This document shows, piece after piece, positions 36,601 to 47,975 of a stretch of 64,000 nt of DNA. The stretch comes from Macrostomum lignano. Lineage: Eukaryota. The stretch spans positions 375,323-439,322 of the forward strand of contig NIVC01000303.1 of assembly GCA_002269645.1 (NCBI GenBank), given 5' to 3'. The translations under genes were made by a program, and so were the position numbers. The notes under the pieces were generated by a model, which was given only the letters and a program-made list of their open reading frames with translations, made no database searches and was not told the origin of the DNA. The number at the start of each line of letters is the position of its first letter. The stretch's first letter is position 1.

Positions 36601-39600
36601 GAATTGGAATCTCGGCTTGGCTCTGCTCGTGCAATTAACGGCCTTGAGAGCCAACCCCCCAAGGCGCAGTGAAGTGTACATGCCTAACGATAATATAAAG
36701 TTAGGGCCGTTGTACACTCCTGTGTGAGTGTGTGCCTGCGTACGTATCCGCGCGCTTGTATGCCTGCTCAGGGGAGTCGGCGGAATGGGCAGTAATGCCT
36801 CTCGCCGGTTGTGTGTTGATGTCGCTTAAAGTGCGCCAGGGTGCACACAACCCCCGTGCCTCTAATAAAAAAATGCTGGCACCCGTTTTACAGCTGAATG
36901 AACTGAAGCAATGCAAAGTTAAGTGTCTTGCTCAAAGACACAAATTGTTCTGAGTAGGGTTGAGAATCGAACCCCCGATCTTTAAGTGGTGAGTCCGATG
37001 CTGTAACCACTAGGCTACAACCCTCTGGAATACACTGTGAATACCCACATATGAAAAAGTGAGACAAAAATGGCCCTTTTAACTTTCTGACGGAGACAAC
37101 TCACCAGATCCTCATTGTGGGTCTCGGCTGCAAAGATCCAGCCCTGCTTCAACTTGTTTTCATAGTCTTTGTTTGCAAAGCGATGGTGAATCTCTCTCGA
37201 ATCGATGGACGAAGTGCTGCTTTTCTGTTTTGCTGTCTGTCAGTGAGTCGGATGAGCGATTGTTGGATTAGGTCTTGATATTTAAGAGTTCATAAGGCTA
37301 TGAGTTCATGAGTGAGTTCATGAGAGATTTCATGAGTAAGTTCATGAGAGAGTTCATGAGTGATCTCATGAGGAACTTCATGAGTGAGTTCATAAGTGAG
37401 TTCATGAGGTTATGAGTTAGTGAGAGACCTCATAATTGAATTCTTAGTGATTTTACGAGGTATGAGAAAGTTCATTAGAGAGTTTATGAGTGAGTTCATG
37501 AGTAAGCTCATGAGTAAGATCATGAGTAGGATTATGAGTGAGTTCATGAGTAGGATCATGAGTGAATTCATGAGTGAGTTGCCAATATCAACAGAGCCCT
37601 ACCAATAGGAATTGCGTCACAGTGCCTGACAGCACTTTCCGCTTCTGTCCATCGCCGGTGATTTTGGCAGTCCCCATCGCTGCAGACAGCGGCTTTGTCT
37701 CAGCCGTCCTGAGTACGCCAGATCCAGCTGGCGATGCAGTCTGTTGGACAGGACATCCTGGCGGTTTTGTATTGTAATATTTTCCCCATTAAAAAGTTTC
37801 TATTTGATAAGGGAGCAATCTACCTACAGCAAATGATAAATTTCTTACTTTTTTGTTTGCCGCTGTTGATTTTGGCTTGAATTTCGCCTTCAATGAATTC
37901 CATATGGCGCTTCTTGAAGGTCACGTTTAGCGACGAGCTGAAATACGGGTAGTGAGAATTAAATATGCCGCTTTTGTACGAGCGTTCATGGAATTTTTTA
38001 AGCTGCTGTCACTTCAAGGTTGACAAACTTATCAGTAACTCACTGAAGAGCAGGGCTTACAGGAACTACTTAATCCCAGCAACTACCCAATCCCAGCAAC
38101 TACCCAATCCCAGCAACTACCCAATTTCAGCAACTACCCAATCTCAGCAACTACCGAATCTCAGCAACAACCCAATTTCAGCAACTACCCAATCTCAGCA
38201 ACTACCCAATCTCAGCAACTACCCAATCTCAGCAACTACCCAATCTCAGCAACTACCCAATCCCAGCAACTACCCAATTTCAGCAACTACCCAATTACAG
38301 CAACTACCCAATCTCAGTAACTACCCAATCTCAGCAACTACCGAATCTCAGCAACAACCGAATCTCAGCAACAACTCAATTTCAGCAACTACCCAATCTC
38401 AGCAACTACCCAATCTCAGCAACTACCCAATCTCAGCAACTACCCAATTTCAGCAACTACCCAATCTCAGCAACTACCGAATCTCAGCAACAACCCAATT
38501 TCAGCAACTACCCAATCTCAGAAACAACCCGATCTCAGCAACCACCCGCTAAGCTATAACACACAACTACGCAACAGCCTACTCAACAAAAACCCTCTTA
38601 AAAACAACCCACTCTGAAGCGAACCCCTTAGCAACAAACCACTCACCACCTACGAGCGTAGCAACAACCCTACGAGAAACAGCATCACACAGCCTATTTC
38701 ATTTAGCACTGAGCCGCCAACAGCCGCAGTCCCATCCCAAAGCACTCACGGAGCCGACTGAATCCTCTTGATCCGGCTGAGTTTCTCTCGCCTACCCTCG
38801 ACCAGCGAAGCCGCAGTCTCGCACCTGTACGCCTCCCAGGTGCGCACAGCCGATCGACGTTGGCGTAGTTGAGCATCAGTTGGCACGGTGCCAGCGTGTT
38901 CTCGTACGAGTCTGCTCAGATTCTGGCGACCCAGAACGGTGAGCTGGTTGCGGTGCAGCCGGTAGACGGTGACGTGAGATTTTGTGCACACAGACAGGCT
39001 CGACTCGCAGCCTTGCAGAGGGCTTTCCTCTCCGAACATGTCGCCTGAAGTTTCAGGTAATGCAGAAATTTAAAAGCAAACTCCAAAGCAGGGGGGACGG
39101 CAAATTCCGTCCAAGGAAGACTCTCTATCCGACCCTCAGGTCCTTTGGAACTTCACAATAGCAATCTGGCCCACTTGATGTATACATGTGTATCTCTTCT
39201 CAGCGCCCTCCCTCTCAATTCTCTCTAATCTCCTCTCATGATTCACATAGGATGTACACGAGTCCTATTTGAGTCATGCACCCTATGTTGCATCCTATGT
39301 GGACTGCCACTTTGATTAGCAAGCTAACAAACAAACAAACGAATAGTTCTTCAGAACCCAGTCTCACCTTTGTCAAAAGTACTCAGAGCAAACGCTTCGG
39401 TCTTCTCTTGGCCGTCCTCCTGAAAGCTCAACATCCGGTACGCTTGACACCTGCCGGAGGTGAGAAAGTACAACCAGTCGTTACGCTCGCCCTGTTTCAG
39501 CACCAGCGAGTCGGGACGCAGGTTCTCCTTCACCAGATGGGGCACCAGGGCCTCTTTCTCCGACACTGGCAACTGACTGAGGAAGTTCCACTCGGCGTTG

Positions 39601-40283
39601 AGGAAATCGATTGTTTCGTTACGCAGTTGCGCCTCGATGTTGCGCATCAGGGCGTGGAACTTGGCCCGATCGACGCGCAGCAGCTCGCAATCGGTCTTAC
39701 AGTACAGCGTCGCCGGCGGTGCCAAATCGCCTTGGTCCTCGTCGCCGTGGCTGAGCAGGCCGAGGTACTCGCCCATGCCGTGAGTGTACACGATGTTGGG
39801 CTGGAACATCTGCTGCGACACCGTCACTCTGTCGTCGTCGTCAGCAGGTGCCGCTGGCTCGTACGTGGCCTCGAGGCTGCCGTGCAGGATGTAGTAACAG
39901 GAGAACTGCTCCTCGTGCGTTCGCTTCTGCAAGTAGTCGAACGCTTTGTACACCTCATGCGTCAGACTGTTGGCGATGGCCAGTTTCACGTGACTCCTGC
40001 CCCGGTGAATCAGGCGCAAGCTGTCAATAATATTTTTCAATACTAGACGTTCGGAGTCGCTCAAGTGGAATTTGTGCTCCCGTTCCAGCTGCTCGTTTCG
40101 CTTCATCACTCGCGCGGCTGTGGCCGTGATAGCAATGCTGCCGACGCCGAAGATTCGTCGGTTGAAGATCGGCGGCCCCTGACTGTCGCGACCGCCGCTG
40201 CGCTGTTTCTCCTCTTCGCGCGCTTTCGCCGTGGCCTCAATGAACGACTTGCGCTCGTTGAGGCGCTGGAGCAGGCCGAGCAT
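30603..40283 (-). CDS. Tandem cyclic-nucleotide-binding-domain protein (CNBD1/CNBD2-like), 9 exons, 756 aa
   Basis: Exons 40283-39368, 39044-38750, 37937-37849, 37757-37603, 37236-37105, 35530-35388, 34743-34509, 31018-30971 and 30860-30603. All introns are GT-AG with matching phases; total 2271 nt. Domain 1: CYYILHGSL...MGEYLG...TDCELLRVDRAKF. Domain 2: VLKQGERNDWLYFLTSGRC...KG|DMFGEE, with the signature formed across the exon 1-2 junction. Confidence 0.88.
31150..34470. repeat. G-rich 22-24-bp satellite, about 3.3 kb, in CNBD intron 7
   Basis: Unit TTCCTGAGGAGTGTTGGGGG(C/T)GA, with variants TAATGAGG and GTAGGGGG. Confidence 0.97.
34788..35248. repeat. 21-bp minisatellite (about 22 copies) in CNBD intron 6
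   Basis: Unit AATGTAAACTACCCCGTATCC. Confidence 0.97.
35623..36650 (+). mobile_element. tRNA-derived SINE (family 2) split by a hAT MITE
   Basis: A box TAGCCCAGCGG and B-box-like GGCTCGATTCC. The body resumes at 36590 and matches the uninterrupted copy at 61535-61652. Confidence 0.75.
35708..36589. mobile_element. Non-autonomous hAT-type element, 882 bp
   Basis: TIRs CAGTGTTAGGCACC and reverse complement CAGTGTTGGGCACC. 8-bp TSD AATTTGGG at 35700-35707 and 36590-36597. Subterminal CGTTAA/TTAACG motifs. Confidence 0.92.
36845..37023 (-). mobile_element. tRNA-derived CORE-like SINE (family 1, copy 2)
   Basis: Minus strand GGGTTGTAGCCTAGTGG (A box) and GGTTCGATTC (B box); aligns by eye with 10700-10878. 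Confidence 0.75.
37295..37580. repeat. Degenerate 12-bp repeat (GTGAGTTCATGA) in CNBD intron 4
   Basis: Directly visible between the donor at 37602 and the acceptor at 37237. Confidence 0.85.
38072..38550. repeat. 17-bp minisatellite in CNBD intron 2
   Basis: Unit ACCCAATCTCAGCAACT; it gives the 17-aa period of the spurious ORF 37965-38552. Confidence 0.92.
39089..39240 (+). mobile_element. Left end of the CT-seed hAT-like family, in CNBD intron 1
   Basis: CAGGGGGGACGGCAAA, then CTCTCTATCCGACCCTCAGGTCCTTTGGAACTTCACAATAGCAAT, matching 61663-61745, followed by a short CT-rich tract. Confidence 0.65.
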
Positions 40284-42624
40284 GCTTATAGAGAGAGACG
40301 CTACCTCAGTGACATGACAGTCGCAGCGACAGGCATGTTAGCGATAGCGATCTTTACAGTCAGTGAATGGGGAAGAGAACAGGTGCTATAAAGGGGAGCA
40401 GGTGGGGTTAGGGCTTCCCTAGCTACTTCAGACTACCTGTTCCCCAAGCTGCTAACTCTTTTTCCCTATCATCGATTTCAACAAGCAACGCGATAGGCCC
40501 GCCATTGGTGGTTCATTCTTGCAGGCGGGCAGGCAATGCGTTGTATAATCCCTCCGCGTGCCATTCAGCATTTCCGTGTTTCCTTCATCTCGCTCCCACA
40601 ACCATCTCTTGCCTAAAGCTCTGCCTCCCGCCCCCGTCTTCAGCTCCTCTGCTCCCATTCCCCTCATTACCAGTATAGACTTGCAACAGAAGCCGGGAGA
40701 AACAGAGAGAGACAGAGAGACAGAGAAAAAAGATCCTGCATTTTGGGTCGCGGGCACGCGTGCTCAGGGGGAGTTGGCTGTGGGTCCCTGCAGCAACTCC
40801 AAAATAGCCTCTCATACCGGACAGCGACCGCGCGTGGAGTGAGGGGGGGAATTGTGCGCGACTGCAGAGTGCGGCAATAATCTTGAGCACTTGTTGTCAT
40901 TAGCGACCGTATTGAATTGTTTTTGTGTTTCCTTCTGCGAGGAGGCAAAAACAGACAGGGGAAAGAGAGCTAGGAGAAAAAACTGTCTGTACCAATACTG
41001 ACTGACTAGTAGCTGTCCAATTCACAATGCCCTGCATGCATTTTTCACTTCTAATTTCCTGCAGCTCAAAATTTGACAATCCCCACGAAACTTGCTGCAT
41101 GCTACTTAAGTAAAAACGTTTTTGTTGGTTTTGACGTCTACGAGTACATGTAATTAAATTTCGCGTCTATGAATACAAAGAAATACCAGTTAGTATACGA
41201 GTGAAATTGTGACAGCAGTGCCTCAGATGACTTATTCTGATTTTTATCAATGACAAATCTATAGGCTTGCATTCACGCAGGATGCGGACAGCCAAAAACT
41301 GAAAAGCAAACTATAGATCACAATCTCAACGCAATCCTCAAGTCGACAGCTGGCGTCTCGATCAGCAATTGCAGGCAGTCGACGAAAAGTCCTCGCCGAT
41401 AGTCATCAGCAGCATCTGAAGTGACCGCGATGGTGCAACAGATGGTGACAGATTGCTTGGATTGATAGAGTCCTTACATGTCCTCTGCAGCAAGTTACAA
41501 ACCCATGAATTTGTGCGCAAGAGCCAAAATGAATTGCGCTTCGATCGTGATTACATATTTCTAAACGCAATACCGATCAGACATTGCGCCTGCGTCATCA
41601 GCACTAAAAATGTTAAAAGTACATTCATACTGTTATACATACCCCTACCCTACACAGGCGCCATGTTCTAGTGCATGTATAACCTTAGTCATCATCTGTA
41701 TATCCTGCATCTTCAAATAATCTTCAAAAGTCCCCAAAAATTAGGGAAAATTGTGTCTTATACCTATGTATCTTAGAGGGAAACCTTTCCGAATCTGCTC
41801 AAACGATTACGTCATCCGTTTTTGTAGTGGGTTTTGCACCATCGTTGGAAGCTCAACTGATGTGATTGCGTGTTTCCCTCAGATTTTGTAATACTGCGAG
41901 GGCACCCCTTGCACAACGCCTTCGGTAAGACATGTACACTCTCTGTGCCTTGGGGGGGGGGGGTGGCCCTCATGGCTTTGAATTCCACGACAAATCCCCG
42001 AATAATATAAAATTACGCTCGTAAATGCTGACAAATTTCTGACAAAGTTATCCGGCCAGTTGTGTAACATACTTGCATCCATTTTTTTATTTTGGCCGAA
42101 AGTACGAGACAAGCTCAGCAAGTCGTGCGGCACCCGCTGCCCGCTCAGTTACTACTGTTTATTTCTTATCCTTGTTCTGAGGTTCTAAAATCACTACACA
42201 GATTATATCAGTCAATCAAAAAAGACAGATCAGATTTGAAAAAAAATACAACTATCAAGAAAAAAGTTCATTGAAATAGGTCGCAGATAGCGCTACCAGA
42301 CGCGTGTAAAAAACTGTGGAGAAACTGACATCCGAATGCAGAGATGTATTTACAGATTAACAATCAGTAAAAAAAAATCATAATAGTTTATATAATTAAA
42401 CAATAAAATTATAAACTCGATTACTAATCAATCAAAATTCAACAAGAAAAAGTTGATTGATTAGTAATTATAGTAAAGTTATACGGCCAAAAATATTAGA
42501 AATAATGCTACTGCAGTACTGCCTAATAAAATAGACCCTAATAAAGTAGACTTGTTCATTCATACGCGGGCAGTAGGTACAAAATGAACGGACAATAAAC
42601 CATACTGCAAACTACTGATATAAT

Positions 42625-43060
42625 TCTCAAGGACCTACTCAAGTAGTAGGACGGGAGACAACGTTTTTGGAAAGTTTTAGAAGGCAGATTTTAATGCTTC
42701 GCCATACCTATCGCTCGATTGATATTCGTAGAGCTTTTTGTATAGAAAATTAGGATGCTATTGTATACGTCAATTCTATTCACTACGTACAATCGCACAT
42801 GTGAATTTCTATGCCTAAAAATCGTAAAAAAGGCACAACACAAGTCGACTCATAGGTTTTATGAACCGATGTTATGTGACACAGTCAATAAGCTTATAAT
42901 GATAAAATAGGTTCATGAAAACCCGTGTCGAGCTCCGCTATTTTTTAAAGGTTTCTAGGTACAGGACATGAACGTCTGATGCAATAATAAAATTGTAGAA
43001 TCCTAATTTTCTTAAACAAAAAGCTCTATGAATATCAATAGAGCTATAAGAAAGTTTTTT
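42625..43060. repeat. Dispersed repeat shared with about 55104-55360, with an internal inverted segment
   Basis: CAAGGA(C)CTACTCAAGTAG...GGACGG and GATATT...AGAAAATTAGGAT occur at both loci. About 42718-42770 is inverted at about 42975-43030. Confidence 0.6.
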
Positions 43061-43975
43061 TGTTATTTTCTAGCTTAAGAATGTGACTTTTTGACGATGT
43101 GAAATTTCGAGCTTGTGAAGTTTTTTCATTGTTTATATGACGCGACCAGTTTTTTGCCTTAATCTAACAAGAAACAGTTAATTTGCACGAGTTATTTTGA
43201 TAGAAAAAGAAACAAAGGTGGCACAACGATTGTACTATAATTGCATCAGTAAATTTTCATAACTTGATTTCGCATTAAGCACAGTTATTAATTCAGGGCC
43301 TAAATCTTGGCCAGAATAAAATTTGTAAAAGCGTACACCAAGTACTTCGAATGCGTACTTTGACACTTGATGATAAAAAGTGTTTAAAAAAACTTGGCAG
43401 CTACAAATTAAATGTCTACTCCAAATAACAACGCAGCGTCTTGTACTCTAAAAAAGTAATATTATCGGATAATAACGCAAAACGCAAACGAATATCAGAG
43501 CTTTTAGCAAACGAATTAATACATTTTTGTAAGTATCTGTGACAATGCAAATAATGCAACAGTTTTCAAAAAGAACAACATACATAATTAAAACTACTTA
43601 TTTTAGACAACTAGGAAAATTTTTTAAAAAGCAGACATGATTAAAATTAAATCAATTACAATTATTGCTAAAAATTTGTTGGCTTACCAAAGAGTTCAAC
43701 ACCTGCTTGACGAATTTGAGAAAAGCTTACACATTTGTTAGTTATTTAGAGATTGCATAATAAGTACACAACATAAAGTTTCTCGCAAGCGAAGCAAAAA
43801 TTTTATGCATTGATTTTAAGTAACATGGAATGCATTCGATCCTGCTCACTGATTCAACTCCTACCAGGTAGATATTTAGCTTGTCTGTCGCAATGGATCT
43901 GCAAATCAAGTCAGGATTGGTATTTGCATCTAATTGTATATACAGCTAATAAACAGCAACTAAAGTGACTCATCA

Positions 43976-44400
43976 ACAGCATCCGGGTCAATCAAAAATG
44001 CAACATCCGGGTCAATCAACAATCCTGTAACATCCTGTAACATCATGCAACATCCGGGTCAATCAACAATGCAACATCCGGGTCAATCAACAATGCAACA
44101 TCCGGGTCAATCAACAATGCAACATCCGGGTCAATCAACAATGCAACATCCGGGTCAATCAACAATGCAACATCCGGGTCAATCAACAATGCAACATCCA
44201 GGTCAATCAACAATGCAACACCCGGGTCCTTCAACAATCCTGTAACATCATGCAACATCTGGGTCAATCAACAAGGCAACACCCGGGTCCTTCAACAATC
44301 CTGTAACATCCTGTAACATCATGCAACATCTGGGTCAATCAACAAGGCAACACCCGGGTCCTTCAACAATCCTGTAACACAATGCAACATCCGGGTCACT
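43976..44400. repeat. 24-bp minisatellite downstream of the RRM gene
   Basis: Unit TGCAACATCCGGGTCAATCAACAA, with variant units toward the right. Confidence 0.93.
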
Positions 44401-44498
44401 CAAAAGACTCAGAAACAATCTAGGCCAATAAAATCTCTAATCAACAATCCAACACCCGGTCACTTACCGTGTGCCATTCTCAATCCCACAGATTCATC

Positions 44499-47400
44499 TC
44501 AACAATCGGCATCGTCAATGACTGGTCCCAATCCTTCAATAGCTAGACTCAATTGGCTACCGAATTCGTCAGTTTGCGCTCGAACAGCGACTAGCTGGAG
44601 CAATATCCTGTTCAGGGCGGCGCTGCGCTGGGTCTGAACGCCAATGCAACAGCTAGCCGGCGGCGGCGGCGGTGGCTTCGACAGCCTGTCAACTTCGCTT
44701 TGCAAAGCAGCGGCTTCAACCAACAGTTGATCGTAGCGTTGAACTGCGGTCAGCTTGGCAGATTCTGAGGCGGCTGCGCGACCATCCGCCTCCGATAGTC
44801 GCGAGTTCGACTCCGCTAGTTTTGTTTCCCTGCGGAGATATTGTCAAAAGAATTTAAGATTATCGAATCAATCGAAAAAAAGAGATTTCTAAACTGACTA
44901 CGAAGGATTCAGCTGACATCTCCAAAGCTACTCAAACTGCAGCTGACATTACCAAAGCTACTCAAACTGCAGCTGACATTACCAAAGCTACTCAAACTGT
45001 AGCTGACATTTTCAAAGCTACTCAAACTGTAGCTGAAATTTCCAAAGCTACTCAAACTGTAGCTGAAATTTCCAAAGCTACTCAAACTGAAGCTGACATT
45101 TCCAAAGCTACTCAAACTGTAGCTCTGAGATTTCCAAAGCTACTCAAACTGTAGCTGACATTTCCAAAGCTACTCAAACTGTAGCTGACATTTCCAAAGC
45201 TACTCAAGCTGCAGCTGACATTTCCAAAGCTACTCAAACTGCAGCTGACATTTCCAAAGCTACTCAAGCTGCAGCTGACATTTCCAAAGCTACTCAAACT
45301 GCAGCTGAAATTTCCAAAGCTACTCAAACTGTAGCTGAAATTTCCAAAGCTACTCAAACTGAAGCTGACATTTCCAAAGCTACTCAAACTGTAGCTCTGA
45401 GATTTCCAAAGCTACTCAAACTGTAGCTGACATTTCCAAAGCTACTCAAACTGTAGCTGACATTTCCAAAGCTACTCAAGCTGCAGCTGACATTTCCAAA
45501 GCTACTCAAACTGCAGCTGACATTTCCAAAGCTACTCAAGCTGCAGCTGACATTTCCAAAGCTACTCAAACTGCAGCTGAAATTTCCAAAGCTACTCAAA
45601 CTGTAGCTGAAATTTCCAAAGCTACTCAAACTGAAGCTGACATTTCCAAAGCTACTCAAACTGTAGCTCTGAGATTTCCAAAGCTACTCAAACTGTAGCT
45701 GACATTTCCAAAGCTACTCAAACTGTAGCTGACATTTCCAAAGCTACTCAAGCTGCAGCTGACATTTCCAAAGCTACTCAAACTGCAGCTGACATTTCCA
45801 AAGCTACTCAAGCTGCAGCTGACATTTCCAAAGCTACTCAAACTGCAGCTGACATTTCCAAAGCTACTCAAGCTGCAGCTGACATTTCCAAAGGTACTTA
45901 AACTGCAGCTGACATTTCCAAAGCTACTCAAACTGCAGCTGACATTTCCAAAGCTACTCAATTTAAAGAGACGTTTTTTAAAACCCTTCCCAAGCCAGAC
46001 AGTCGCACAGGAGACCAACCTATCAGCCAGTTCACAATCTCGCATACGACAAGCGGTCTCCAACTCGTTAATCCTAGTCTCGGCAGCAATCCTAGCTAAT
46101 TGCTGATTGTCCCTATCCGCTTGCAGCTCAGCGAGGCGCTTTCTGATTTCGGCAGCTTCAGCCTCGGCTGACTCCAACGCAACAGTTTTTGCTTCGAGTT
46201 CCGCAGCGGCCGCGGCTGCCGCAGACTTGGCGGCTGCAAGAGCAGCGGCAGCAGCAGCAGCTGAAGCCTCAGCTTCGGGATCCTCAATAGCGACCTGAGA
46301 GGCCTGTTCAAATAGCACCGGTGCCATAGTCTCAGTTGCCGAGCAAGAGGTAGTGACGGTAGCCTGACTGGCGATCTCAATTCTTTCAGCTGCAACAATG
46401 GGCAACTGCACAGTATTAGTAGAGCCGCCTGCTGCTTCGGCAGCTTCAACTCGACGACGCTTCGAGCTGCTGCCGCTTCCGCCGCCGCCTCGACGTCGAC
46501 TTTTATTATTACTATTCTTTCTATTCTGATTACTGCTACCAGAGTCTGCATTGCCTCCATCAGTCGACTTCGAATTGGAAGATTTTGGCGACTTCTTTGG
46601 CGATTTAACTTTCATCTGTTTCGTGGGCAACTCAGTAGTAACTACTGCTGATGGCGGCGTCAACGGTTGAGCATCCGTCGAGTCCGTAGCCGGTTGAGTC
46701 TCGGAGTTACCCTGCTGATCTACAGACTCCACCTCGGCAATGGTTTGCTGCTGCTGCTGCTCTGAGCTGGCACATTCTTCAACAGGCGGAGGCGAGATCG
46801 ACATGGACGAGTCAGCATCGGCGCCGTCCTCATCAGCCGGTGGTTGAGACGGCTGCTGCTCAGAGAGCGGCTGTCGGCTGTCCTCAGACTGAGCATCGTC
46901 AGCTTGAGCGTCGGTCTGGTTTGGCGGCGGTTGAATTCGTTTTAGACGTACGGTAACAGGGCCCAAGGTTAGATTGTTGGTGGCAATGAGAGCGGCTGAT
47001 CTGCGAATCCGGTTCTGCTGCTGTTGTAGCAGAAGCTGCTGCTGAGGATTTTCTTCTGGCGTGTCCACCGACCAAGCCTGCTGCTCCGGCTCAGCGGTTG
47101 CCGGCTCCGGTGCAGCCGGGGATGACGAGGTGAACTCTGTGCCAGCAGCTGCGTTGGCGGACGTCTCAACAGGCTGGATAGGCTTCTCATCAGACAGCTG
47201 CTGCTGCTGTTGTTGTTGTTGCTGTTGCTGCTGTTGAACCTCTTGCGTCCAGAGCGACTGCAACTGCAGCGTGTTAATCAGCCTGTCTGGGCACTGCAAA
47301 TTTCAGCGAATTGTGCAAAAAATTTTAGAACTTGTTGATTTTTTACTCATTGACTGGCAGAGCTATCGGTAGTTGACATTTGAGTACTTGAACAGTTAAG

Positions 47401-47975
47401 TTAAACTGCCAGTACTTTTATTAAGTTTACAAATCTGATAGGGTGACCGATTCCAAAGAAACTGAGGATCTGGGAGGCTGGCCCAGCAACTGAGGATCTG
47501 GGAGGCTGGCCCAGCAACTGAGGATCTGGGAGGCTGGCCCAGCAACTAAGGATCTGGGAGGCTGGCCCAGCAACTGAGGATCTGGGAGGCTGGCCCAGCA
47601 ACTGAGCAGTATGGCAACAAAACATAAGGACTTACGCAGACCACTTCTATTCGGCGATCAAGATAAATGGTTTTGTGCAAATCAGAGCGAGCCTTGGCAG
47701 CACTGGCGGCTTGTCTGAAAACCACAATGCCCAAGTAGGACTTGCTTGACGAGGATGCGCCACCTCTGCTATTGGCTACCACCTGGATTCGCAGCACCTG
47801 ATTGGTTCGACAGAAGCAAGGTAATTAGCTTAATTAACTGATAAGTGATAATGGAAGAAAAAGACAAAAGGCCATAACTCACCTCGCCATATGGAGAAAA
47901 TAACAGCCTTAGATGGTTAGCTGTTACCGAATGATTCAGATTCTTGATTAGCAAAATATTGCTACTATTTAGCAT
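44499..47975 (-). CDS. RRM-domain protein with long Q/E/S/P-rich disordered region and C-terminal coiled coil, 4 exons, 614 aa
   Basis: Exons 47975-47883, 47782-47636, 47293-46020 and 44829-44499; GT-AG, phases consistent, 1845 nt. The RRM spans exons 1-2: RNP2-like LLIKNL, LRLLFSPYGEV, RNP1-like KSYLGIVVF, AAKARSDLHKTIYLDRRIEV. Basic NLS-like KSRRR...KRRR. Confidence 0.82.
44910..45962. repeat. 30-bp minisatellite with 272-bp higher-order period in RRM intron 3
   Basis: Unit CTGACATTTCCAAAGCTACTCAAACTGCAG. The variant CTCTGAGATT recurs at 272-bp spacing (ORF ends at 45112, 45384 and 45656). Confidence 0.97.
47460..47606. repeat. 28-bp minisatellite x5 in RRM intron 2
   Basis: Unit AACTGAGGATCTGGGAGGCTGGCCCAGC. 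Confidence 0.95.

Noticed and set aside
39276-40046. 256-aa plus-strand ORF, and similar ORFs at 17900-18508 and 20650-21162
   Set aside because: Antisense shadows of the CNBD exon, the LINE and the Helitron ORF.
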